From: Podarcis vaucheri
Taxonomy: Eukaryota
Direction: 5' to 3' (one strand)
DNA: 64,000 nt
Assembly: GCA_965113315.1 (NCBI GenBank)
Contig: OZ220363.1
In this document: positions 1 to 13,000 of the stretch, piece after piece
Numbering within the stretch: the stretch's first letter is position 1
Layout of the letters: each line of letters opens with the position of its first letter
Position numbers and translations under genes: made by a program
Notes under the pieces: model-generated
Databases searched by the model: none
What the model was told of the DNA's origin: nothing
Seen by the model: the letters and a program-made list of their open reading frames with translations, nothing else

Positions 1-947
1 TTCAAGACACCTGCTGAAAACAAGCATTAGAGACTGCTTCTTCCCATTAGCTAGGGAGGATCAGATACATCTCTTCTGCACATCTCACTGTGGGAACTTT
101 GCTGGGGGACTTCTAAAGTGTGGCCCCATAAATTTTGCCCGGGAAGCTGATTTGGAGCAGGAGGAGAACAGGGTAATTCCAGAACAGGTTAATTCAGGCA
201 GAAGCTGAAGAAATTCTTAGTTCCCCTAATCTGAATGCGTAATAACATGTAGACCTTTTGGTACAGCCCAATAGAAATCACATGGAGGAGGAAACTGGGT
301 TTGGGTGATGAGCAGAGTGTGTGTTTTACATTAAAATATGTAAGTCAATATATTTGCATATTTATTTTTTGCATAATTTGCTCTGTTCCTAGCAGTCATG
401 CGAGGCGGTGCAGGGAAGCAGTGCAGGGCACAGAATCCCCACCTCTTGACCACTAGAAATTTGACTCGTCCTCCCTCTGGCCTTGCACACATATACTGTT
501 GTAGATCAAAAATACAAGAAACTTGCTTTTTTTTAATGAAAAGCAAGATTTGGGGGACCAAGTATAATTTATTTCCTTGCCTTGCATGATACCATCTTGG
601 CACAGCATGCATAGTCGTGTTCACAAATCACATTACCTTGCTTCTCAGAGACAGAGCATTCACTCTCAGACACTCCATAGGAAGGTGAGGCTTAACAGAA
701 ACCACAAGCAGTGTGGCCCTAGCATACGTTATCTTTCATCATTGTTGCTTTGCTGGTGGTTGACCTAACAGCTTCCGTGTGTGTGTCTGTCTTGAAACAT
801 AAGGGACATATAAATCACACCCTTGGAGCCTAGGTGGTGCCTCCATTTTTTTTTCATGGGCTATCTATTGGAATTGGGACAAAAATGCAGATACATCCTC
901 AGGAAGTTGTCCAGGATTGGAACAATAGAAGGATGGAGATTCTAAAG

Positions 948-1076
948 CAGTGGTGAGGAACCTAGCGCCCCCCAGATGTTGATGTACTCCAAATCCCATC
1001 AATTCCAGCTGGCACAGCCAATGGTCTGGGAGTTGTAGTCCAGCAACATCTGGAGGAGCACACCACCCCATCCCTG
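948..1076. mobile_element. Palindromic hAT-type MITE (actacaactccc/gggagttgtagt family)
   Basis: CAG...CTG ends; 8-bp TSD ttctaaag / ttgtaaag (7/8); internal inverted repeat ccagatgttg...caacatctgg. Confidence 0.8.
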
Positions 1077-4000
1077 TTGTAAAGAGAGGAACATCAGCAA
1101 AATTGCCAAGGGTGCTGTTGGGTACTTAAAGAACTTGAGGCACAAACCCATGGCCCAAATTTCCATAGCCATTTGCATTGGCTAGTTTATATGTATTTAA
1201 GATGGTGGGTTTCTGCATTTTGCAGTGTGCACAGCAAGTCAGTAAGAAGGGGTGGATGAATTTTTTAAAAGGAAGAAAAGGGCAGGAGATGCAGGCCAAG
1301 TGCAAACCTGGGTTTTGCCACCCCACCACATCTGGAACAGCACCCCTGAAAGTTGCTGAAGGGGCTGCATCCTCGTTCATTACTGCAAAAGCAGGAACAT
1401 TCTGTTACATTAATTTATGGAATTTATATGCCACTTCATCAGTAGCATTTCTAGGAGGCGTACATAAAAATAAACCATACAGAGAATAAAACAGTAAAAG
1501 AAAAATCACCATAAAACCAAACATAAATCCAAACCCTACCTTAAAATGCTTGCTAAAATAAGAAAGTCTGAGTCACATGCCTGAAGTCCAGCAATTTGTG
1601 TCTTACCTGTCCTGTACATAGTTCAGAGGCAGCATTTTATCTTCACAACCACCCTTTGAAGGTAGATTAAATTTGAGATACAGCGACTTGCCCAGAGAGC
1701 TATCCGACGAGATTTGAGTCTCTGCTTCCCACCAACCAAGCTCACTGTGCAGGGTACAGGAGACGTGATCCTGAAGATCTGGAGGACTCTGTCTGCTCCC
1801 TCCTGGAATGTCTTTTATAGATTCTACACAGACATTCCAAGAGGGAGTGGAGGTAATGAAACTCGGAACTGCTGCCCATTCAAGATCTTGGGGGAATAAG
1901 ATGTCTAAGGTTTTGTTTATTATATTGCGTCATACTTCTCTCCAAAGGAGCTGAGGGCCACACACATTGTATGCGGGATAGTTTAGGTTGTGTGCGTGTT
2001 TGACTAACCACCGCCACTCTTCGAACTTCATGCCAAAGTGGAGAGTTGAGCTGAGGTTGCTCAGGGGTCGCTAATCTGTCACTCTCCACACATCGTTGGA
2101 CTCCTATTGGCCCTAGCCAGCATGGCCAATGGCCTGGGGTGTTGACAGTTGTACTCCATCCACATCTGGAGGACCACAGGTCCCCCCATTCCTCTTCCAT
2201 ATCATGCAGAGCAGAATTGTGGGACAGTGAAAGGAGGCCTCCCACAACCCCTATTATGGAGCACCCTGACTTTAAATCACTCCCATCGGTTTTCTCCGAT
2301 AGGCTTCAACACACTAAACTTCCTGCCCGAGCAACCTCCTTGCCGGTGCAGCCTCTCATGTCCCTCCTCCTGCCAAAGTCAAGGCCCAGCTTCAAAGAAG
2401 AGCTGTCTCTCTGGTTTGTCTGCCAGGAAATGACGTCACCTTTGGTCGCAATAGGCTATTTGGGTCTGCTGCAAAGTAAGAAACTGCAGCACATAGGAGA
2501 ATCAGGGTGACCTGCGTCCTGCTGACCCGCCACGGCACCCACTGCAAGCTCTGCCTTTTTGTGCAGGTTTTATAGCGGAACTAGGAATGTGTTGGAGCCA
2601 AGGTGGTTGTGACATTTGTGAGAGGGGAGAATTCAACTTTGGTAAAAGGGCAGGGGATTAAAAAAGGGGGGTGGGGAGGAAGTTTCTCCTTTGCTGGTTG
2701 CTGCACTACAGTGTTGTTTTTCCTGTTAAGGGAACCAAACTGTTTTTTTTCTGTGCATTCATTTCCTTTTTCTGTGCTTGGATATGAAGCCAGTCAGTGT
2801 TCCCTGAAGTCAGGCTCTCTCTAGCCTGACAATCTACAAGAGCATAAAGAAAAAAATAATAATAAACCAGCTCAGATGCCCAGGGATACTAGCAGGCAAC
2901 TTCCCACTTCCTCCCCAATGGCCTTTAAGCGAACAAGAGCATTGTCAACAGCTGGCTGATTATTTATAGTACTAACTGCCTCTCATTAAGTCTCTGTGCA
3001 AGAGGAACTCGAGGGAGCTGACATTCTCCATAGGCCTTCCCGGTTGTTAACTAATGCTCTCTTTTTTTTCCTAAGGGGGAAAACCGAGGCAGGAAAAAGA
3101 GGGCACTAGGACCAGTTCTCTCAGACCTTATCTGACCGAGGTTAACTTCAGTGACTGAATTTTTGGAATTGGTCTTGTAAACAACACAAAATTTACAAGC
3201 TCAGGATTGTCCCTCCCCCCCCCCCCTGCAGACTGATATGCACATACAGGCTTGTGGCTTAAACCCCTTTTTTTTTTTAACCTTCCTTTCCTGGTTGCCT
3301 AGAACAGATGCTTGTTTGCCACAAGTGACCATGCTAGTTGCTTTTTAGAAGCCTGGCCTATATAGCTGTGCTGCTTTTCCATGGAGCAAAGGTAGTCAAA
3401 GGTAGCCCTCCAGATTGTGATAAGGCTATAAGTCCCATCATTTGTGGCCATGCTGGCTGGGGCTGGTGGGAGTTGGAGTCAGGGCAACTTCCAGAGGGGA
3501 TGATGTTGGGCTACTTGGTTTGATGCTATGAGTCCCAAATTCAAGTCTCCGCTTAGCTGCTGCTATAAAAGGAATGACTTGCCTCCCTTACCAGAACACT
3601 GTGAGAATAACCAGATAATGAGTGTGAATTCCTTTTCTGCACAAGGCATTTTATGTAATGATATTAATGCTATCATTCAACTGGACCTGCCCCCTGGAGA
3701 TGGTTGTTATGGAGATGCTTGAGACACATTATCCCAGGCCCATAACAGCAGCAGGCACCAGCAAACACAGCCATCCATCATCCTTCCAAGACGCGTCTGT
3801 CTCAGGCATGGGGCTCTCTCCCCTGCCCCCTGCCCCCCATCCCCCATGGCTCACTAGTTTCAGGAGCAGGAGTTTCTGGGGGGTGGGGGGAAAGACGCAT
3901 TCAGTCTAAATGGTTGAAGTAGGTCCTGTTTCTCAGTGCCCTGATATTTACTGCGCAGAATCCAAGAAAAAAAAATCTGCCCTCCACAATGGGAAAGTGT

Positions 4001-4895
4001 CTCTTCAGCCTGATCACACTCTCCCCTTCAGAGGCACCCCTTACATTAAGCTCTCATAGCTCCTATAATACTGCTAATCCCCAGAAGCCCCATTCAGAGA
4101 CAGCCCAGCACCCCATTTAATCCATGGACTGCAACAGCAGCAACTATGGTTGTTCCTGCTGCAGACCACATTGGGCACCTTTCCATTGCCATTCAGGGAG
4201 GATGCAGTGGCCTCTCTAGGCTAAGCATCCTGATCTCTTTGTCCTCCATTCAGATATTTAAAAGGTACCCAGATGAAGGGCTGTTTATTCAGTCAGCACA
4301 CTCAAGCAATGTCACCCCCCCCCCGTTCTCTCTCCTCCCCCCCCCCCCGCACTGCAGACGGTAACACTTCCAGGCGGGCCAGGAGTGAGTTGCGTGTCTG
4401 AATAATGTTCCACATGTAAAACTAGAAAAGCAGTGTGCATGTCATGGCGAAAGGATTCAGTCTTATTGGGCTCGGTATTCTTTGAGGAGTTTTTCATTCC
4501 CATCTGGGAGCATTCAAAATGTCACCCACCCCCACCCTCTCACCTGCAACCTGAAATGGAATAGTCCAAGATAGCCTTCCGCAGCCTATACAAAGTGGAA
4601 GGGCTGCATAAGTGGGGGTAGTGGGGGGGCAGGTTTCTGTGGAAAAACAGTGGACAGGAAAAGGGTTAAGCAGTAATTCCAGTTCTCTAAACCTTCTCTT
4701 CTTCCCAAAGTTACTTTTTCATAAGAAAGGGGTGGGGGACCTGTGACCCTTCAGACCCTGAGGTCCAAACTCCCATCATCTCTGCCCCTTGGCCATGCTG
4801 GTTGAGGATGATGGGAGTTTGCAAGTCCAGCATCACCAGGAGGGCAGCAGGTTGAGGAATGCTAGTCTAAGGAAAGCTTTACCAATTGACCGATT

Positions 4896-5031
4896 CAGTG
4901 TTTCTCAGACTTGGGACCTCAGCCATTATTGGACTACAGCTCCCATCATCCCTGACCACTTGTCCTGCTAGCTAGGGATGATGGAAGTTGTAGTCCAACT
5001 GCAGCTGAGGACCCAAGTTTGAGAGACACTG
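4896..5031. mobile_element. Palindromic hAT-type MITE (near-perfect hairpin)
   Basis: cagtgtttctcagacttgggacctcag...ctgaggacccaagtttgagagacactg; another family copy directly upstream (about 4727-4865). Confidence 0.8.
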
Positions 5032-5961
5032 CATTAATTGGTCCTGTCTGACTTACCAAGTATCTCATGCAAGTGGTGCAAACTATCACAGAATGTTGGT
5101 GCCACAGTCACAGCATTTTCACCATTATTGTGCCACCCGCACTGTTTCTCATTCATTCCAACCTGCAGTGAGGATCTGTACAGTCAGTATGTGGATTGTG
5201 GGTGTTGGGAATGCTGACTCAGTACACTTGTCAAGTGATACGGTAATCTGCGTCTTCCATCATCTGACAAGTACTTCTTACACAAGCTTCCATCTCAAAA
5301 GGTACCCGTGCTGCAAACTGAAGCATGCTTTCTGGGGAGCAAACCCCCTTGAAGTCAATGGGGCTTCTTCCTTCCAGGTGAACATGGTCGGGAGAAAATG
5401 GTTGAAAGTGATTCGGTGGCATTTCCAAATAAATGCATTTAGGATTAGGATTTCTGCCTCCGTTGTCAGAGGCAGTGTGCTTGGAATCCCACGTGGAAAG
5501 AATGCTCTTGTGCCCAGGACCTTCTTGAGGTGTTCCTACGGGCATCTGGCTGGCCACTGTGACAACAGAATGCTGGGCTAGAGGGGGACTGCTGCCCTTA
5601 CCCTGCAATGGCCCTCATACTCAGGAGCTTCCTCTTGGCTGCTTACGCTGAGTCAATTAAAATTTTCTCCGTAGAAGGGCTATGTGTGCTGCTTAACCAG
5701 CTAAATATCCACAGGAGAAGCCAGGTCATAGCCCAGCTCTGAAAGATGGCACACGACTCCAAAAGAGAGTTCCAGTTCTTTGTAATACATTAACCCAGCA
5801 TGAACCCCTGTCTCATGGCCAGACCGTCTATAGCATTTTCCAGGCTGCCAGCTACCAGGTCTTGCCAACTCATCTTTGAGATTAGTCATTGTACTTTGGG
5901 ACCTTGGAATTTCAGGTTCATTTTCAACCCAAAAGGTGCTCTTTCCTAATTATTTGCCTTG

Positions 5962-5964
<3 letters not shown>

Positions 5965-6009
<45 letters not shown>
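5965..6009. repeat. (CT)n(GT)n microsatellite
   Basis: Directly visible. Confidence 0.95.
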
Positions 6010-6788
6010 CTTTCTTGGTCACTTTTTAAAATTAACCACCCAGAAGGACAAAACAAACACAGCGACTAAAAATCCAGAATGTATTCAGAACAATGCTTCC
6101 AAGATCCAATGTATTATTTCCTCTGCTTCTCTAGCTAGGAGCCTGTCCGTCCACACTCAGACCACCATCCTCCTGTCCCTCCCGCTTTTTGATGAACCTT
6201 CATTTTCTGTTTAGACTTTTAAATTGGCTTCTCTTCCAAATTGCCCAGATGCAGATGCCATTCTAAGAGCACTAGCTCTTCTTTAAGACAAGAAACAAAC
6301 CTCTGTTCGTTCACCTGCTAGAATGACTGCCTGCCTTTGTAATCTTCCTGTACCTGGCTCCACTTAGCCCCAGATAAAAACACAGTCGCCTTTAAACAGC
6401 TGGTTGGTCTTAATTCATGAATGAAATGTCAGCTATCCAGTGCTGGATCCTTACTGACCCAAAATCTCTTGAGATAAGTGTCTTTTATCTGCAGGCTTCC
6501 TGTGATAATAATGGGGGGGAGGGGGTTGCAGCAAAAACAACAAAGGGTATTGTAGCACCTTAAATGCTACATTTGCTATCCTTTAAGGTACTACAAAACT
6601 GCTCATATAATAAGACTTTACCCCCTCTCCCCACACACCCCACACTTTCTAAACATGTTCTTGGTTCCATGTTCTTGGTTTAGGGGACACAGCAGGAAGA
6701 GAGGAGGGGGAAGTCCTGCTGCACGAGTGGACCTCATTCTGCACATGCAACAGCTTAGCTGGATCCTGCCCTTGTTGTTGTTTTCGGA

Positions 6789-6922
6789 GCAGGGACAGCA
6801 AACCTTTGTCCCTCCACATGTGGTTGGACTCCTATCAGGCCCAGACAGCATAGCCAGTGGTCAAGGATGATGGGAACGGGAGTCCAGCAGCATATGGAGG
6901 GTCACAATCTCCCCACCCCCTG
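6789..6922. mobile_element. Palindromic hAT-type MITE just upstream of GRK2 exon 2
   Basis: caggg...ccctcca...ggactcc...ggagtcc...tggaggg...cccctg. Confidence 0.7.
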
Positions 6923-6994
6923 CTTTGAGGGAATAGGCCGAGCTGAGAAGCTTCACCCCTGCTAACTTCCCTCACGTGCCTTTTCTCTTGGCAG

Positions 6995-7071
6995 TATCCG
7001 CAGTGTTATGCAGAAATACTTGGAAGACCGGGGTGAGGTGACCTTTGACAAGATATTTTCTCAGAAGATTG
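6995..7071 (+). CDS. GRK2: GRK2 exon 2 ([25 protein letters not shown])
   Basis: gcag|...|gtgagt, 77 nt. Confidence 0.95.
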
Positions 7072-10000
7072 GTGAGTAGCAGAGCCTCTGCAGGGGTCAT
7101 GAGTTCAGGCAAGACCAGCTTGCCTGTGCTCCGGTTAGCCAGGAGTCAACGCCAGTGAGAAGAAATAGGGGGGCAGAAGGAGGAACTCCTTTTTAAAAAG
7201 GCTGTGGTGGGATTGGATATCTACGGAGTTGTGATGGAAGCTGCTTGCTGCATACTCAGTCTCGTCCTTCCCCTTAGGAATCCAGCTTCTGGCCTGAAAA
7301 GTGCTGCTGTGTTTTGGCTGCAGGGGCCGGTGCTGCAGGTGCAACGTCTTTTGTCACTTGCTCCTTCGCTGGAGTTGGAGAACGCTTGGCCCCCGAATTT
7401 GTCCTGACCGTCCAGCCCTTGGAAAGGCCAGTCGCCCACCTTCTTCATTCAGATTAGGAGTTAACAAGTCTTCTCCTTCTCTAGGGCGGCCCAATGCAAA
7501 GAAAGCCAGTGACCCTGTATCTATTAATGAGGATTTTTTTTGGAAAGCGCATAGCTCTGCAAGGGCGGCGGAAGCTGTGCCAGCTCAAATGATCTTGTCC
7601 AAATTATCCAAAGATAATAAGTCCCTGTCCTGCCTTGGGTCTGGTCAACTCTGAATCCCAGGCTGGTGCTGTAGAGCAGGGGTGGGCAGACTTTGGCCAA
7701 TCCACTTTCGCCTTTTACCAGAACTTCCAAGATTGACCAACCCAGGCCAGGTGCAAGAGACCAGAGTTAGAATTAATGAACAAAGGGTGCCACTGAGCAC
7801 ATTGGGAGCCCAGGAATTTGTTTTCAGCACCATTTTGGGCAAATGTCCAGTCTCAGTTAGCTTTCTACATTTCAGCAGCCTAATTTTGATTTTGGGGGGT
7901 GGGCGGGTCATTTTGTTCTTGCTAGTTGCTCAAGAATTGGGAGTCAGAACCCCTGAGGATCTACTGCAGGTCACCCAGAGATCTCCCAGTAGATTGTAAT
8001 CTACTGTCTCTTCCCCCCTCCCTCGCCTTGTTCTCAAGTCTGAGCTGAGATCCGTGAGCAGCTGAGCTGAGATCTGTACAAATGAATTGGGGAAGGGGGT
8101 ATTGCTGAGGTCGATGAGGAAATTCTGCTTCCTCTTGTGCGGCCTGCGACGGTTCCCCGTTCCAGCTTCCATTAGTTGTTTGCAGGACAATTGCTTCACT
8201 TGAGGGATATTGGAAGAGAAGAGGGTTCAAAGCTTCTGGACTGGCTCACATGTGAGAAGGTTCTGCCTCCAGGAAGGGGGTGGAGCTGCAGACCTTGCAA
8301 TTGAATGTGGCCCTGTAGGCCCATCTTTCTGGCCCTCAGGCTTCTTCCTAGGCCACAGTATATCGCTAGGCCACCCCTCACAGGCCCTGCTGCCCCCACC
8401 CTTGACAATGCCTCTCTTGAGTGTCTGAATGAAGAAGTGTAATTACTCCAGCAGAGAATCTGGACCTGGTGGAATTCCCCTTCCATGCAGCTCTTCAAGA
8501 AGCCCTTTAGAAAGTAAGAGTGTCAGCTTTTTCTGGCAAGGCTCCTGCGCTGTTAGCAGCTGTGTGAGAAGTAAAAATGCAGTTCATGTAGCTTTTTCTC
8601 CCTCATAGATTGAAATGTACAGGCTGGTGGGGAGAGGGGGCAACAAGACACTTTCGCTGCTGAATTTCTGCCTGTCATCTTGCTGAAGGCACAGAGGCCT
8701 GCCAGGAAGAAGGAAAATAAAATTCCACACCCTGCCACTTACTCCTTAAAAACCCCCAAAACAAAACAGAATATTCTAGAGCACTGGTTCCCAATTAGCT
8801 AATTACAGAGGACCCCCTGTTTTTCAAAAGCCAAGCCACGGACCCCTTACTTTTGACAATTTTGATGACTCCATGGTAGTTACCTCTGCAAAGCAATTTT
8901 TTGAACAAAATGTGGTGTAGCCCCTCATAAGCAAAGGACTTTAGGTATAATTTTTAAAAAAACAGACTATAAAATTTGTGATACTACCATGCAAAAATGA
9001 CCCAAAAAAATAGTTGAGGTGGGGAGGCAAGGGATGGGGCCGCGGACCCCCTGGGGATGCCCAGACCTCTAACTGGGAACCACTGCTCTAGAGGCACTGA
9101 TGAGGTACATCTGGATAAATTAGGAGGAGAACACAGGTTGGGAAGGGCTGTGTGACTGCTGGCTTAGGACAGGCTGGGTGATGCTGGGCTGTTGTTGTCC
9201 ATACCGAGCCCCGGAGGCATCTGCTTGCAAGGCTGTTTCTCCTTTTCAGTTACTACACCCCGCCCCAACAGGAAACACTCTTGCTTCCTCCCACACCCAC
9301 AGCCACTTGTGGTTTCCTCATAATATCTCCCGCTTTCATCCCCTCTCTGCTCCCACCCCTCCTGGCTCTCCCTCCGCTCCTGGCTCCCCTGCTGCCTTCC
9401 CCACAGCCTCTTGCCTCTGCCTCTCACCTGGGGATGGCGCACAAGTAGGTTGGGGAAGCAGGTTTAGCACCAAGGAGCCGTTTAGCCACAGGCTGAAGTG
9501 GATCTTGATCCGTGTGCCCCTCCACTGTGTGTGTGTGTGGACTGGGGAGCAGAGTTGAGGCGGAAACTGGTGCACAGTATGCTTGAGAAATCTTCTCCAG
9601 GTGTGGGGATTGCCACCCTCCAACTGCCCCTTTTCAGTTAGCTGAGGGAACCTGCGTCTCTGCAGGTTTTGTTGCTCTCCCAGCTCCCATCAGCCCCCCA
9701 GCCAGGGTGGCAAGTGGTAAGGGATCATGGAGTTTGTAGTCAAGAACGTCCAGAGGCAGACAGGTTATCCACCCCCTGCTATAGCTGGTACAGATGAGAC
9801 TCATGCCTGCTTTTAATATATATTGAAGGTTACTGAAGGGGCCGCTTCACCCTGTATAAAATTTGCAAAGAATTTGCACACAGGCACAGTTCCGTGTAGC
9901 TTCCGTTATGCGTCCAGAGGGAAGCTCTTCTCGGTTGCTTATTATGAGTGACATGTAGGTCTCCTTCATGTTCCAAGGTGGAAGTGCCTTTGGTTTGGGG

Positions 10001-13000
10001 ACTTTAACATACAACTCAGACATGAGTTATGACTAGTTTTCCCAGGGGGACCACGTGACTTAAGGCAAGCATGCGCAAAACAGTTATTTTTCTTCTTCTT
10101 CTTTTAAAAAAGTGACCCTGCTCCTGTGCATTTAACAGCAGCCTGACATGCAGAAATTAAGAATGTGAACCCTTTTGAAGTTTGTGGGGCTTACTTCTGA
10201 GTAGGCATGCATGGGATTGCACTGGGAATGGTGGGAGAAGCTTCTCCTGTATAAACCTACTGGGCATATTGCAACTTCCAGGGATATTGAACGTAGCTTA
10301 TGAAACTGAAATGGTTATGCTTGCTTTCTTTTTTTTGCAAGATGAAAAGATTGAGATGTGCCTTCTTAGAAATATCAGAATCCCAGCTTGTTTTCTAGAA
10401 GTTTTCTGTAAAAAATAAATTGGATGACTATACCTGCTAGTTTTGTGTAAGGAGAGACTCTTTGTCTCTGACAGTGGTGTAATGGGCAGAAATCACCAGG
10501 TGAAGATTTGTTTGGTATGAAGATGCATGATGTTAAAAGCTTCAAACTTGTTGATTTCGTTCTCTTATGTTTGCTGTTAAAATCATAAAGCCCTTGTCCA
10601 TAAAAAACAGGGTTTGGTATTAATGGGCACTGGAATAGATGACTTTAAAAGCCAACTTAGATAAATTTGCATAGATATTTGAAAGAAGATAGAAGAATGA
10701 TAGAAGAATGACCATGATAGAAGAATGAAACCTCTATATTTGGAGTCAGTGTACTAAGTTTGGGGAATGTTTTTGGACTACAGCTCCCATCATTCCCGAT
10801 CATTGGCCATGGTGGCTTAGTCTGATGGAAATTATGTCCCACAATATACAGAGGGCGAGAGGTTCCCTACCCTAGCAATATACCTGTGTACATATACAAT
10901 GAATTTCTCTTCCCACCATTGCTGATTAGTCAGGGTTGGAATGCAGGGCCCTGGCTTTCTAAGGGTGCTAATTCAGGTGGGACCAACTGGCTGGCTTTGA
11001 AAAAGGGAAGCAGGAGCACACCTGGTCATTGCAGCTGACAGTTGTGTGTTTTTCTTAGGTTTCCTGCTGTTCCGAGACTTCTGCTTAAACCAGGTGGAGG
11101 AAGCCAAACCACTGGTGGAATTCTATGAAGAGGTGAGGCCCTGATTGTGCGTTGAGGGTGGTGGGAGAAAATGCTCTATTTCCTTCCGTGCCGTCAAACC
11201 AGTTTCCTTCCTTGGCCTGGCACACAGACTCCCCTCTGACATTGGTTCCCAAACTTGTCTTGAGCTGAGGAGTTGACTTTTCAAAGACCTGTTCAGAGGC
11301 CCCTTCAGGCCTTTTGACCCTCCTCTCAAAAAGCATATCTGAATTCTTGTTCACGGCAGCATGACTGGAAGCGGTCAGGGGGAAAGGAGCCGGGGGGGGG
11401 GTGACAGAAGGCAAGGCTACTGCATCTCCTATTTCAGGTTGGAAAACAAATACATGGAACCCCTGCGTTGCCTCTTCGGGGCAGAGTGTGGTAGTTTCAT
11501 TTTGCCAGGGGTGCGGTGGGTATCTGGGGAACTTAGAAGCTTAAAAATGGGCAAAATATTTTATTAGAGAAGGCAAGACCCAGAACGTTTTGCTGTTCTT
11601 TATGCTTTCTTATAGTATTATCCCTTCTATGTGTATGGTTTATGTCGTTTGCCCTCTCATAATTTAAAATAAAACTAGATTTAAAGGAGAACAATAATAA
11701 TAAGGAGGAAAAGAAAAATGCTTGCTGTGAGATTTCAGCGCACTGCTCTCCCTGTATCTCAGAGGTCGCCCATAGGGTGCCCCCCAGATTTAGTTGGGCT
11801 CCATCTCCTATCCGCCTCAGCCAGCATGGCCAGTGGGCAGAGATAATGGGAGTTGTAGTCCAGCAGCTTCGGGGGGGGGGCTACAGGTTCCCCAGCTCAG
11901 GTGTAAGCTCAGCTTTTGTCTCTTTGACCTTGCATATGCATTCTATGGCACATTTTGTCAGCTGCCACCCAGCCCCTGTGGAAAATAATTAAGGTGGCAA
12001 CAAGAGACTGCGAGCGCTCTCTCCAAGCACAGCCATTATTTGAGTTCTTTGGGTGCAAAACATGGTCCACGTCAACCATGTGTCTGTGTATGCCTTCTGA
12101 AGGGCCTTACAGAGTCTGTAGTCGGTGGGTAGGTTGCTGAGCCTTGTTACCTCTCCCCTTGCCCCATTCTTCATAGATCAAAAAGTATGAGAAGATGGAC
12201 TCCGAAGAGGATCGAGCTATTAAGAGCCGCCAGATCTTTGACACATACATCATGAAGGAACTGCTGTCCTGTTCTCACGTGAGTGGCCCAAATGCTTGCT
12301 GTCACATGAGAGAGTCTGAAAAAACCCCTTGGCAAGAAGCATCATGTTTGCTTTGCAATCCCATTGATCAAGATTCTTTAAAAGATAATACTCCTCACAA
12401 TGGGAGGAGCCAGACTCCCAGCATTGTCCATTGTCTCACAGGCTGTGTACTCTCCCTGTCTCAATAAATGTCACATACAACTCCCTTAGAACTACCCACC
12501 CCAGCTCTTAATCTCCTTTTCACGACCTCACTTTCCTCTACCATGCATGGGAAATGGCTCTTTCCTGTTCTGGGATGACCTTCCCATGAATGAATTGCAG
12601 GCAGCCGCTTAAGGCACCACCTTGTGAAATGCACCAGCGCCTTTGCTTCTTCCATTACAGTGGCAGCAAACAAACCATGGATTCTTCCACCATCAACCAC
12701 GGTTTCCCGTTTTATCGGAACCAGGAGACCATAGTTAACAGCTTCAGAACAAGCTAGTATATCAAGCCAGTTTCAAAACATGGTTTTATATGGGGGGAAG
12801 GAGATCACACTTCAGGCCAAGGGCCACATTCCCTTGTGGGTAGCCTTCCAAGGGCCATATGCCGGTTGGTGGGCAGGGCCAGAGGTAAAATGTGGGCAGA
12901 CTAGATGGCCCTTGGGGGTCTCTTCCAACTCAATAATTCTATTATTCTAGGTTGCTGGGGAACAATGGGTTTAGTGGGAGGTAGGGGCAGTGCATGTGAG

